Shown: positions 35,499-45,331, counted from the first letter of the stretch. The stretch: 48,486 bases of DNA from Myxococcota bacterium (GCA_040752415.1 JBFMGU010000053.1:1-48486); one strand, 5' to 3'. Notes: generated from the letters alone by a model not told the origin. Made by a program: numbers and translations.

Positions 35499-37145
35499 TC
35501 ACGGGCCGGTGCAGCGCGGGTCGGCAATGCAGTCGGGGCAGAAGCAATCTTCCACCGGCTCGCAGACGTTGTCGCCGCAGAACGGGCCCGCCTGGCACTG
35601 GGGGAGGGTCATGCAGTCAACGCACGCGCACCCCTCACCGCCGTCGCAGATGCCGTTTCCGCAGAAGGGGCACTGCGGAGTGGCGGCGCAGTCGGGACAT
35701 TCGCAGGTCTCGCCACCTTCGCAGGTGCCGTTGGCTGGGCCATTGCACCCCGGGGTTGGCTGGCAGCGGGGCTCGGCGGTGCAGTCGCCGCACGCGCATG
35801 CCTCGTCGACCTCGCACGTGCCGTTGGCCGTGACGTCGTTGCAGTCCAGGTCACGTCCCTCGCAGGCGGGGTTGATGGCGCAGTCCTCGCACACGCAGCC
35901 CTCGTAGAGGGGCTCGCACACGCCGTCATTCGTGCAATTAGCCACGTCGCCACAATAGCTGTCGTACGCGCACTCCGCGCAGACGCAGGAGTCCGCAAGG
36001 GAACACTGACCATCATCCACGCACGAGTACTGGCAACTTGTGGTAGCCGCACAGTCCCGGCACGCACACGACTCACCAGCGCCACACACGTCGTCGGGAG
36101 CTCCGGCCTGGCATGCCGCGTCGGTCGCGCACTCTGGCGCGCCGGTGCAGTCGGGACACGCGCACGCGTCCCCGGGCTCGCAGGTGTCGTTGGGCGTGGC
36201 ACCGGCGCAGTTCTCGTCGCGCCCTTCACACGCGGGGTTGGTGGCGCAGTCCGCGCACACGCAGCCCTCGTTGTGTGGATCGCAGAAGCCGTCGGCCGTC
36301 TGCTCGCAGACAGCGGGGTTGCCGCAGTAGCTGTCGAACGCGCAGTCCGCGCACACGCAATCGTCGTCGATCGTGCACTGGCCATCATCAACGCACGTCG
36401 CCTGGCACCCCGCCGTGGGGGCGCAGTCGCGACAGCCGCACGACTCACCAGCGCCGCAGACGTCGTCGGGCACTCCGCCCTCGCAGTTGGCGTCGGCGGT
36501 GCACTCGGAGGTGGCAGCACAGTCCGCACACGCGCAGGACTCCGCGGCCGTGCAGGTCCCGTCGGTTGCGTTGCTCTCACAGCCCGGAGCGCCGCCCGAC
36601 GACGATGAGCCGCCGGAACTGCTGGTGCTGCTGGAGGTGATTCCGCCGGTGCTGCTGGAGGTGGACCCGCCGGTGCTGCTGGAGGCGGACGCGCCGCCCG
36701 AGGTGCTGCTCGACGTGGAACCGCCGCTGGAGGTGGACCCGCTCACATCACCGGAGGACGAGCTCGTGGACGACGTCACGCCCGTGCTGGATGACGTGCC
36801 TCCCGACGAGGAGCTGCTGGTGCTGGAGGATGTTGCCGTCGCGGAGGAGGAGGTGGCGGTGCTGGTGCTCGTGGCCGCCCCGGAGCTGCTGGAGCTGCTG
36901 GAGCTGGAGGTGCTGCTGGAGGCGCTGGAGCTGCTGGACGACGCGCCGCTCGACGACGACGACCCCGTCCCGCTCGATGCTTCCGAGCTCACCGAGCCGC
37001 TGCTCGAGGACGTCGACGACGGGTCGCCTGAGCTGCTCGACGTGCTGGACGTGGAACCGGTGGAGGAGGAGCTGCTGCCCGGTCCACACGCGGTCATGGA
37101 AACGCCCAATGCCGTGGCAATGAGCAACGAGAATCTCATCTGCAT
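35499..37145 (-). CDS. Lipoprotein with long Ser/Thr/Gly stalk and 12 CxCx(D/E)C cysteine-rich repeats
   Basis: GGAGG RBS, lipobox MTA-C, ~165-aa Ser/Thr-rich region, Cys/Asp-rich repeat domain. Confidence 0.85.
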   Translation of the reverse strand: MQMRFSLLIATALGVSMTACGPGSSSSSTGSTSSTSSSSGDPSSTSSSSGSVSSEASSGTGSSSSSGASSSSSSASSSTSSSSSSSSSGAATSTSTATSSSATATSSSTSSSSSGGTSSSTGVTSSTSSSSGDVSGSTSSGGSTSSSTSGGASASSSTGGSTSSSTGGITSSSTSSSGGSSSSGGAPGCESNATDGTCTAAESCACADCAATSECTADANCEGGVPDDVCGAGESCGCRDCAPTAGCQATCVDDGQCTIDDDCVCADCAFDSYCGNPAVCEQTADGFCDPHNEGCVCADCATNPACEGRDENCAGATPNDTCEPGDACACPDCTGAPECATDAACQAGAPDDVCGAGESCACRDCAATTSCQYSCVDDGQCSLADSCVCAECAYDSYCGDVANCTNDGVCEPLYEGCVCEDCAINPACEGRDLDCNDVTANGTCEVDEACACGDCTAEPRCQPTPGCNGPANGTCEGGETCECPDCAATPQCPFCGNGICDGGEGCACVDCMTLPQCQAGPFCGDNVCEPVEDCFCPDCIADPRCTGP

Positions 37146-37302
37146 CGCAACCTCCGGGAGCGGCCCCCGATGACGTCCCAACCCCTGTTTGCCATCGGCC
37201 CCGGCAGGTTGTCTAGGAAGTTGCGCAAATCGACCCGCGCTCGTCGGTCACAGGTGGCGAGGAGCGTGGGTTGTCGCAGCTCACCGGCGCGGGCGGTGCG
37301 CG

Positions 37303-40251
37303 CTATTCGCGTGTTCCCGGGGTGACGGTCAGCGGCACGCGCTGTCCACTCCTCGTCACCACGATCTCGACGGGCTGGCCCACCTTCAGCGCCTCGAGCG
37401 CGTAGGTGTAGTCGTACACGTTCTCGATCTTCTTGCCCGCCAGCTCGACGATGACGTCGCCACCCTGCAGCCCCGCCTTCTCGGCCGGACCGCCCTTGGC
37501 CACGCCGGAGATCTTCACGCCCTTGATGTCGCCCTGCGCGTAGTCGGGGATGGTGCCCAGGTACACGCGCAGGCCGCCGCGACGATTCATGCTCGCCGGC
37601 TTCTCCATGCGCACGTAGTCAATCTCGCCTTCGCGCGTGGCCAGCGAGCGCGCGATGAGGCCCATCAGCTTCACCACCTTCTCGGCACCGTCGGCGTTGA
37701 TGCGGTCATGGGTGTCGCGCGGGGTGTGGTACTCGCTGTGAGCGCCGGTGAACGCGGCCAGGATGGGCACGCCCTTGAGGTAGAAGCTGGTGGCGTCGGT
37801 GGGGAGGTAGCTGTCGTTCTGCGTGGTGATGGAGAGGCCCACGGGAATGTTGCGCTGTTCGATCTCCTTGGGCCACACCGACGAGGAACCCACGCCCTGC
37901 AGCACCAGCGCCTTGTCCAGCCGGCCAATCATGTCCATGTTCAGGTACGCGTACACGTCGGGGCGCAGCGTCTCCGGTTCCCTCTGCGCGCCGTTGAACG
38001 TCTTCGTGAAATGCGAAGAGCCCAGCAGGCCCAACTCCTCGCCTGACCAGGCCGCGAACAGCACGTCGCGCTTGAGTGTGAGTTTCCCCTCGGCCTTGAG
38101 GCGCGTGAGCCACTCGGCAATTTCCAGGAGTCCGGCCACGCCACTGGCGTTGTCGTCGGCTCCGCGGTGGATGCCGCCTTTCTCGTCCTCGCGCGCCAGC
38201 GAGTTGTTGCCGATGCCGCGTCCCAGGTGATCCACGTGCGCGCCAATGATGAGCACGTTCTTCCCCGGCGTGGCGCCCGCGTTGAGTCGCGCCAGCACGT
38301 TGCGGCCGGTCCGCTTCTCCTGCTGCAGGTCCACCTGGGCGCCCACCTTCACGCCGGAGAGCACCACGCCTGCCACGGGGTTCCCCACGTCGAGCTCGTC
38401 CTGCCACTGCTTGAGGCTCTTGCCGGTGCCGGCCAGCAGCGTGTTCGCCACCTCGTCGGTGATGCTGATGGCGGCGATGCTGCTCCCGGCCATGGCGGCG
38501 TCGAACGCGAGCGGAACCAGCTGCTCCTTCACCTTCGCATTGGGCCCGCTGACGACGATGATTCCCCGCGCACCCTTGTCCCGCGCCAGCATGGCCTTGT
38601 GACGCAGTGGCGCGTAGCGACCCACGTGCAGCCGCTGCTCCGGCGTGAGGCTCTCCGGCATGTAGCGCAGCACCACCACCCACTTGTCCTTCACGTCGAG
38701 GTGCACGTAGCTGTCGTACTCCTCCATGCCTTCCGCGGCGGGGGCGCTGATGCCGTATCCCGCGAACACCACGTCGGAGACGGGGATGTTTCCGGTGACG
38801 GAGAAGGCCAGGGGCCGCCAGTCCTTGTGCATGGCCAGCTCACGCGCCTTCCCGTCCCTGCCGGTGACGACGAGCTTGTTGCCCGGACCGGGATTCAGCC
38901 CCGCGGTGAAGGGGAAGGACTGGAAGAAGGTCCCGTTGTCGCCCACGGGCTGCAGGCCCAGGGACTGGAACACGTCGGCCACGTACTGCGTTGCACGCTG
39001 CTCGCCCGGCGTCCCGGTGAGACGGCCGTCCATCTCGTCGGAGGACAACGCACGGATGTGCTGCATGAGGTCCGCGGCGCGCACGTCGGCGGAGGTGCCC
39101 GGCGTCTTCGTCGTCGACGTTACCGGTGCGGCCTCGGCCGTGCGGGCGGTCAGTGCTTCCCGCGCCGCGGTGTGATTCCAGTCGGCGATGAAGATCTGCG
39201 CCTTCTTGTCGGCGGTGCGGCTCGAGGTCCAGGACAGGCGCTTCCCGTCGGGACTGAACACCGGGAGGCTGTCGAATCCGTCGGTGTGGGTCACGCGCAC
39301 CGGGTCGCCCTTGCCCTGCGCGTCGACCATGTAGAGCTCGAAGTTGGCGAAGCCCTGCAGGTTGGTGCCGAAGATGATGTACTCGCCCGACGGGTGGAAA
39401 TACGGCGCCCAGCTCATGGCGCCCAGCCGCGTGACCTGACGGACGTCGGTGCCGTCGAGGTTCATGGTGTGGACTTCCGCGGTGGCGCCGTCCTCGGAGA
39501 ACCGACGCCATACCAGCCGCTTCCCGTCGGGAGAGAAGAACGGGCCGCCGTCATAGCCGTTGTGGCTGGTGAGGCGCTTCACGCCCGTCCCGTCGGCGTT
39601 CATCACGTAGATTTCCATGAAGTACGAGGGGTCCTTCTCCAGCAGCTCCTTCTCGCGGTCGCTCAGCTTGGCAGCGTAGGCGTGGCGGTTGGACGCGAAC
39701 GCGATGAGCTTTCCGTCGGGGGAGTAGGAGCCCTCGGCGTCGTAGCCCTTCACGCCCGTGAGGTTCTTGTAGGTGCCGCCCGCGGTGGTGGTCTCGTAGA
39801 TGTCGTAGTTGGCGTCGAAGTCCCAACTGTAGCGGCGCTGCTTGCCGCTGGCGCGGAAGTCCAGCTCGTCCTTCTGCTTTTTGCGTGCGTCCTTGTCGTC
39901 GTGCGTGGAGGCGAACATCACGCGTTTTCCGTCGGGGTGGATCCACGCGCACGTGGTCTTCCCGTGTCCCGGCGAGACGCGGTGGGTGTCTCCCGTCTCC
40001 AGGTCCATCAGGTAGATCTGGTAGAACGGGTTGTCCTTCTCGCGTTCGCTCTGGAAGACCAGCTTCGTTCCGTCGCGGGAGAAGTAGCCTTCACCGCCAC
40101 GCGTGCCCTCGAACGTCAGCTGGCGCACGTTGGAGAGGAAACGCGCTTCGGGGTTGGTGTCGACGGCGGATTCGTTGGCCTGGGCGCTGACGGCGAGCAA
40201 CCCACCGGCAGCCAGGGCGAGGGCGATGAGACGTGGGCGGGGATGGTGCAT
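37303..40251 (-). CDS. M28 family peptidase with PD40/TolB-like propeller, PA and PDZ domains
   Basis: FSPDGK repeats; GAHVDH, GADDNASG, SGEELG, NMDM and YHTP motifs; C-terminal PDZ (LGTIPDY); GGAGGG RBS. Confidence 0.93.
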   Translation of the reverse strand: MHHPRPRLIALALAAGGLLAVSAQANESAVDTNPEARFLSNVRQLTFEGTRGGEGYFSRDGTKLVFQSEREKDNPFYQIYLMDLETGDTHRVSPGHGKTTCAWIHPDGKRVMFASTHDDKDARKKQKDELDFRASGKQRRYSWDFDANYDIYETTTAGGTYKNLTGVKGYDAEGSYSPDGKLIAFASNRHAYAAKLSDREKELLEKDPSYFMEIYVMNADGTGVKRLTSHNGYDGGPFFSPDGKRLVWRRFSEDGATAEVHTMNLDGTDVRQVTRLGAMSWAPYFHPSGEYIIFGTNLQGFANFELYMVDAQGKGDPVRVTHTDGFDSLPVFSPDGKRLSWTSSRTADKKAQIFIADWNHTAAREALTARTAEAAPVTSTTKTPGTSADVRAADLMQHIRALSSDEMDGRLTGTPGEQRATQYVADVFQSLGLQPVGDNGTFFQSFPFTAGLNPGPGNKLVVTGRDGKARELAMHKDWRPLAFSVTGNIPVSDVVFAGYGISAPAAEGMEEYDSYVHLDVKDKWVVVLRYMPESLTPEQRLHVGRYAPLRHKAMLARDKGARGIIVVSGPNAKVKEQLVPLAFDAAMAGSSIAAISITDEVANTLLAGTGKSLKQWQDELDVGNPVAGVVLSGVKVGAQVDLQQEKRTGRNVLARLNAGATPGKNVLIIGAHVDHLGRGIGNNSLAREDEKGGIHRGADDNASGVAGLLEIAEWLTRLKAEGKLTLKRDVLFAAWSGEELGLLGSSHFTKTFNGAQREPETLRPDVYAYLNMDMIGRLDKALVLQGVGSSSVWPKEIEQRNIPVGLSITTQNDSYLPTDATSFYLKGVPILAAFTGAHSEYHTPRDTHDRINADGAEKVVKLMGLIARSLATREGEIDYVRMEKPASMNRRGGLRVYLGTIPDYAQGDIKGVKISGVAKGGPAEKAGLQGGDVIVELAGKKIENVYDYTYALEALKVGQPVEIVVTRSGQRVPLTVTPGTRE

Positions 40252-40326
40252 GGTCCCTCCGATGAAGCCGAAGGGACGTGCCATAACGACGTCAGGGATG
40301 CATTGTCCACCCGTCGGCCTTCCATG

Positions 40327-40391
40327 ACAGCGGTGCCGCTGGGGTTGACGGTGGCGCCCGGTGAAAACAACGATGACGACGTGAACCCATG
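40327..40391 (+). repeat. Dispersed repeat family B, copy 3
   Basis: ACAGCGGTGCCGCTGGGGTTGACGGTGGCGCCCGGTGAAAACAACGATGACGACGTGAACC aligns with 10027-10089. Confidence 0.7.
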
Positions 40392-40535
40392 ACTGCGCAC
40401 CCGGGCCCCAGCACCCGGCCGACACGACTGCGCGGAAACGGAGCAGATACCCTCACTACCAGTCTCCGCGCAGTTTCCTTGGCGCGGGCAACATGGCAGG
40501 CCTGACGCTGGACTCCACGCCCTGAACGGAGAACC

Positions 40536-41273
40536 TCAAGGCAGCGTTGTCCACCGCAGCGTGTACTGCCCACCCACGTTCTCGTCGTCGTACCAGGAGG
40601 TGATCCGGAACAGCACGTTCCCCGACGAGGTGCCTTTCAGCACGTAGGTGCGGTCCTTGGGGTCCAGGTGATGGGTCTGCGGGTCGTAGATGAACCACTC
40701 ACCCACCGCGGTGTCGGCGCCCACGCGCGGCTTGGTGTTGGGACGGCACTCGTCGGTGATGAGCACGTCGGTGGTGTAGCTCAGCCCGGGCAGCTGGTCG
40801 GAGGTCACGTCCTCCAGCGCCACCCCGTCCAGCCACGCCACCTCCACGCTCCCGCTGCCCGACTGCCCGCCGTTGGCGCGCACCACCGCGTTCTTGAATC
40901 CCAGGTCCCAGCTCGTGTCGGTGAAGCTCTGGCGGTCGTGGATCTCCACCTTTCCCGTCGGGGAGAAGCGCAGGTAGGTGAAGGGCGTGGTGCTCTCGTT
41001 GGAGAAGTCGGTGCGGGCGCCCACGGTGGTCTTCTGGATGGCGCGCCCGTCGGGAGTGGTGCCGTCCGACGTGGTGGCGACGGCGTAGGTGCTCACCGTC
41101 TCCACGGTGCCCACGGCGCGGTCCCGCACCAGGTCCTCGTTGCAGGTGTCGACGACGACGCCGCCATCCGGGCTCACCGTCACCTCGGGCGGTGGGGCCG
41201 GCTCGGTGCCCCCTGAGGAGCAGGCGCACACCGCCGCCAACAGCAACCATCCCGCACGACCTGACCTCAACAC
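40536..41273 (-). CDS. HmuY family lipoprotein
   Basis: GGAGGT RBS then GTG; lipobox VCA-C; WDLGF..VRANGGQSGSG, WFIYD..H, FRITSWY. Confidence 0.8.
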   Translation of the reverse strand: MLRSGRAGWLLLAAVCACSSGGTEPAPPPEVTVSPDGGVVVDTCNEDLVRDRAVGTVETVSTYAVATTSDGTTPDGRAIQKTTVGARTDFSNESTTPFTYLRFSPTGKVEIHDRQSFTDTSWDLGFKNAVVRANGGQSGSGSVEVAWLDGVALEDVTSDQLPGLSYTTDVLITDECRPNTKPRVGADTAVGEWFIYDPQTHHLDPKDRTYVLKGTSSGNVLFRITSWYDDENVGGQYTLRWTTLP

Positions 41274-41325
41274 GCGCGACCTCCAGCCCTTGAGCGTCCC
41301 CGGCGCTGAGGCTAACGCTATTGCC

Positions 41326-42924
41326 ATGAGCCTCCCAAGGTCGCGAGTCCCCCTGGCCGCCAAGGCCCTGTTCTCCTCATCCCTGATCGTTGCCTGCAGC
41401 GTTCCCGGCACCACGCCGTCCGACGCTGGCACCGCCACGGACCCGTGCGCGGGTGAGACGCAGGCCGGCCGCTGCGACGGCGATACCATCGTCCGCTGCT
41501 CGAACAACCAGGTGCAGCGCGAGAACTGTCGCGAGACCGGGCGTCTCTGCGAGGTCAGCGCGGGCTCCGCGGTGTGCGCGCCGGATCCCACGTACGTTCC
41601 CTGCGTCTCCGCGGACTATCCCACGCGCTGCTACGACGAGGAGCACGTGCTCTGCGACGGGACTGGAACCATCCGCACCAACTGCACACTCAGTGGCCAG
41701 GTCTGCGGCCTCCCCGCCACCGGCGCCGGTGACCCGGTGTGCCAGGCCCCCTTTGACACGCTGCCGACGGGCGCACCCATCAACGGCACCAACCGCATGC
41801 CGGCGCGCTCCAATTCCCACTCCGTCTACGACAGCGTGAACAATCGCATCCTGTTCCTGTTTGGCGACGAGGGTCAGCGCATCAGCGCCACCGAGCGCCT
41901 CCAGGACATCTCACTGACCGCATGGGCGCTGGACCTTGACGACGGGAGCTGGACCGAGCTGCCCGAGGGCCCGCTGGGTCGTACGCGCGCCGCCGCGGTC
42001 TGGGATGAGGCCAACCACCGCGCCATCCTCGTCGGTGGTCGTGGGCATCCCTCCGGCGGGTCCAACTGCCAGGACGGCCTGGGGCGCCGTGCCAAGATGC
42101 TGAACGACGTGTGGGCCTTCAACGTCGACGACGACACGTGGGAGGAGCTGAGCGACGGCACCGGCACCGCCCCCGACGAGCGCGAGGACTTTGGCCTGTG
42201 GCTGGACGCCGAGAATGAGCGCCTGGTGCTGTTCGGCGGCAACGCCACGTGCAGCTTTGGCAACGACGTGCGCAATGACATGTGGCAGTTTGACCTCCTC
42301 ACCAACACGTGGAGCGCGCTCACGCCCAACGGCACGCCGCCGCGCGCGCGTCAGGCCTTCGGCTTCGACGTCATGGGCCGCAAGGCGTACCTGTTTGGCG
42401 GCGCGTTCGGATTCTTTGATCCGACGCTCAATGACACCTGGGAGTTTGACCTGGATACCGACACGTGGACTCAGGTGGCGGTGACCGGCACGCGGCCGCA
42501 GCGTCGGTTCCGCGGCAACTTGGTGGCGGACATTGCGCGCAACCAGCTCATGATCTTCGGCGGCCATGACTTTGGCGCCAGCGGCGACCAGCCCGACGCG
42601 CCCGAGTTCGAGGACGACCGCAATGACGTGTGGATCCTTCCGCTGGACAACCCGCAGTGGGTCTGGGCCGTGGCTGGCGACGAGCGCCTCAAGGAGCCGG
42701 ACTTCCGCTCGCCGGAGCGTCGGGAGCAGCACAGCATGACCCGCATCAGCGACGACCTCGTCGTGATGGCCTACGGCGTGGGTGACTGCGGCCTGCTCAA
42801 TGACGTCTGGTATTTCAACCTCGCTGGTGAGTACTGGTTCACGCCGCTGGATCCCACCACCGGCCTCACCTGTGAGCGCAAGCAGGACGCGGACACCTGC
42901 ACCAGCGACTGCGGCGGGAACTGA
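41326..42924 (+). CDS. Kelch-repeat beta-propeller lipoprotein with N-terminal Cys-rich modules
   Basis: Lipobox IVA-C; repeats of R..(H/F)...LFGG...NDxW.F...TW. Confidence 0.88.
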   Translation: MSLPRSRVPLAAKALFSSSLIVACSVPGTTPSDAGTATDPCAGETQAGRCDGDTIVRCSNNQVQRENCRETGRLCEVSAGSAVCAPDPTYVPCVSADYPTRCYDEEHVLCDGTGTIRTNCTLSGQVCGLPATGAGDPVCQAPFDTLPTGAPINGTNRMPARSNSHSVYDSVNNRILFLFGDEGQRISATERLQDISLTAWALDLDDGSWTELPEGPLGRTRAAAVWDEANHRAILVGGRGHPSGGSNCQDGLGRRAKMLNDVWAFNVDDDTWEELSDGTGTAPDEREDFGLWLDAENERLVLFGGNATCSFGNDVRNDMWQFDLLTNTWSALTPNGTPPRARQAFGFDVMGRKAYLFGGAFGFFDPTLNDTWEFDLDTDTWTQVAVTGTRPQRRFRGNLVADIARNQLMIFGGHDFGASGDQPDAPEFEDDRNDVWILPLDNPQWVWAVAGDERLKEPDFRSPERREQHSMTRISDDLVVMAYGVGDCGLLNDVWYFNLAGEYWFTPLDPTTGLTCERKQDADTCTSDCGGN

Positions 42925-43943
42925 TGTTGTGCCGTCGTCACGCGGCCGGGTTGTTCGCGTGGTTTCTCGTTGCGTGCAGCACCACCGGGCAGACCCCGTC
43001 GGATGCGGGCGCGGCCCAGCCGGACGCGGCCCAACCGGACGCGGCGGTGCCGGTGGTGTGCAACGACGAGGACGGGGACCGTTACGGCGCGGGTTGTGAC
43101 GCGGGCGCTGATTGCGACGACACCGTGGCGTCGATCCACCTCGGCTCGGTGGAGAGCTGCAACGGCGTCGACGACACCTGTGACTCCGCCACCGACGAGG
43201 GCTGCACCAACCCCTGCGCCAACGACTGCGGTGAGGACGTTCCGCTCCCGGCGGGGCAGAGCTACCAGGGCGCGCTGCCCAATGAGGGCTTTGCGCCCAT
43301 CGACGAGCCTCGTCGGACGGTGACCCTCAGTGCGTTCCGCCTGGACCGCTACGAGGTCACCAATGGGCTCTACAAGCGCTGCGTGGCCGCGGGGATGTGC
43401 ACACCGCCCAATGACCTCACCAGCGAGACGCGCGCCGACTACTACGAGGACGCGGCGTACGACGATTACCCCGTCATCAGCGTGACGCATGCGCAGGCGG
43501 AGCGCTTCTGCGCGTGGGCGGGCAAGCGCCTCCCGACGGAAGCGGAGTACGAGCGCGCGGTGCGCGGCCTCATCCCCTCCGACCGCGACTACCCCTGGGG
43601 CGACGCCGAGCCGGACTGCAACGTGACCACGTTTGGCGCGCTGTGCGTCTCGGATACGCAGCCCGTGGGCTCATACCCGACGGGAGCCACGCCGGAAGGC
43701 ATCCACGACCTCGCCGGGAATGCGTGGGAATGGATGCACGACTGGTACCGCGGGAGCCCGGGTCGCGACGGGGACGCGGTGAATCCGCAGGGGCCGCTCA
43801 CGGGCGAGACGCACGTCATCAAGGGCAGCAGCTGGACGTTCTCGACGCCGGGCTATTACCGCGCCACGTCCAGGTTCAACGTGGCCGACGGTGCGTACTC
43901 GTACTTCCACGATCGTTTTGTGGGGTTCCGCTGCGCGCGTTGA
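42924..43943 (+). CDS. Lipoprotein with MopE-like metal-binding motif and FGE-sulfatase (SUMF1/EgtB/PvdO) domain
   Basis: DCDD...ESCNGVDDTCD; LDRYEVTN, KRLPTEAEYE, YPWG, DLAGNAWEW, GFRCAR; start overlaps the Kelch stop. Confidence 0.9.
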   Translation: MLCRRHAAGLFAWFLVACSTTGQTPSDAGAAQPDAAQPDAAVPVVCNDEDGDRYGAGCDAGADCDDTVASIHLGSVESCNGVDDTCDSATDEGCTNPCANDCGEDVPLPAGQSYQGALPNEGFAPIDEPRRTVTLSAFRLDRYEVTNGLYKRCVAAGMCTPPNDLTSETRADYYEDAAYDDYPVISVTHAQAERFCAWAGKRLPTEAEYERAVRGLIPSDRDYPWGDAEPDCNVTTFGALCVSDTQPVGSYPTGATPEGIHDLAGNAWEWMHDWYRGSPGRDGDAVNPQGPLTGETHVIKGSSWTFSTPGYYRATSRFNVADGAYSYFHDRFVGFRCAR

Positions 43944-43981
43944 GTTGCTGCGCGTTGGCAACAGTGCGTACGCTCGGCGTC

Positions 43982-44284
43982 ATGAGCGCCATCCAGGACT
44001 TCGTCCCGCCCGAGGTTTTCAAGGCCTTGCAGGAGCGTCGCACGGACTACGTATACGTGGACATCACGGAAGTGGAAGTGCGCAACGCGGCCAATCCCGA
44101 CGCGCCACCGCTGCGCTTCAAGGTGCGTGAGCTGAACGTCAGCGACACGGGCCGGCTGAAGCTGGCGGGCCATGTGCTGCGGCCGGACCTGCTGGCGGAC
44201 GACCGCAACGTCGTGGTGTTGACGGTGGAGCGCGGTGAGGGGCAAGCGGCGCCGGCGGGACCCGTGGGCGTGAAGGCCAAGTAG
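43982..44284 (+). CDS. Hypothetical protein (100 aa)
   Basis: Gene-like GC3 bias and composition (MSAIQDFVPPEVFKAL...); 3' part of the 43514 ORF. Confidence 0.7.
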   Translation: MSAIQDFVPPEVFKALQERRTDYVYVDITEVEVRNAANPDAPPLRFKVRELNVSDTGRLKLAGHVLRPDLLADDRNVVVLTVERGEGQAAPAGPVGVKAK

Positions 44285-44307
44285 GCGCGTTGGGTGCCGG
44301 GTTTGCG

Positions 44308-44592
44308 TGGTGGCGACGTGGCCCCCCCACCCGGCCGCCTCACGTTTCGCTGATTTCTCGTCGTGGCGGCCGACCTCCCCCACGGCGTGGGGAGGCGTAG
44401 ATGTGCCGCCTCGGTTGAACCATTGCGCGCAATGGGCGGCACGGGCTCAATGATGCCTCGTGCCGCGCTCAGCCCACTGCGGAACCCGGCGCGGCACATC
44501 TACGCCTCCCCACACCGTGGGGGAGGTCGGCCGCCACGACGAGAAATCAGCGAAACGTGAGGCGGCCGGGTGGGGGGGCCACGTCGCCACCA
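44308..44592. mobile_element. Fold-back non-autonomous element (REPIN/MITE-like), copy 2
   Basis: 102-bp inverted arms at 44308-44409 and 44491-44592 (1 mismatch), 81-bp spacer; outer extension TGGGTGCCGGG/CCCGGCACCCA; homologous to 1437-1740 with the spacer inverted. Confidence 0.8.
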
Positions 44593-44614
44593 ACCCAATC
44601 CCGGCACCCACGCA

Positions 44615-45190
44615 TCACCCACCGGGATGCGTATGTCCCTCGTGCTCCAACGCCAGCAGCCCCAGCCTGCGCAGGTTGATCGCGTTGATGGTGGTGTGCG
44701 TGGCCACCGCAAAGAGCACATCCTGCGTCGCCAGCGTGGCCAACCCGAACCCCAGCCCCATGACACCGGCGCTGATGGTCCAAGGCCAGAGGTCCCTGTG
44801 CGGCGGCAGGTGCGCCAACGTGAAGAGCACGCTGGCCGTTCCCAGTCCCGCCGCGGGCTGGATGGCGCCACGGAACAACACTTCTTCCGCCAACCCGCTC
44901 AAGAGCGCGAGGATGAGCGCGTCAGACCCGCCAATGGGCCCCACCACCCCGACGAGCAACGCATCCACCCGGCGCGCCGTGGGTGAGAACCGCGCCGCCG
45001 CCAGCCACGCCGCCGCGAGCATTCCTCCCGCCGCCACACCCGCTCCCAGGCGCAGCAGGATCTCCGGCGGGGTGAGGTCGTGGAGGGTGATGATGTTGGG
45101 AACGTCGGCAAGTCGCGCCACCACCACCGCCAGCAGGTAGATGCCGGCATAGAAGAACGCCACGCGGTGGATGCCGTACTGCGCAATCAT
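44615..45190 (-). CDS. CPBP family (CAAX/Abi) intramembrane glutamic protease
   Basis: EEVLFRG, FTLAH and HTTIN motifs in a multi-TM protein; start uncertain. Confidence 0.88.
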   Translation of the reverse strand: MIAQYGIHRVAFFYAGIYLLAVVVARLADVPNIITLHDLTPPEILLRLGAGVAAGGMLAAAWLAAARFSPTARRVDALLVGVVGPIGGSDALILALLSGLAEEVLFRGAIQPAAGLGTASVLFTLAHLPPHRDLWPWTISAGVMGLGFGLATLATQDVLFAVATHTTINAINLRRLGLLALEHEGHTHPGG

Positions 45191-45331
45191 TCGTCGACCA
45201 TCAGCCCCAGCGGGGCCTGTGAGGGTTGTATTCACCGCCGGAGGGTTCGTCACGCGAGAACCCCGGTTGACACCCGTATCCCACCGGTCACGTCGACGAT
45301 GCGCGCGCCGCGGAAACACGCGGAGTTACGC

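Noticed and set aside
36373..37173. Leu/Glu/Asp/Val-rich + strand ORF
   Set aside because: Mirror of the Ser/Thr-rich stalk encoded on the minus strand (AGC/TCC/ACC codons read antisense)
43800..43943. FGE-type C-terminus as a diversity-generating retroelement target
   Set aside because: No template repeat and no reverse transcriptase in the window
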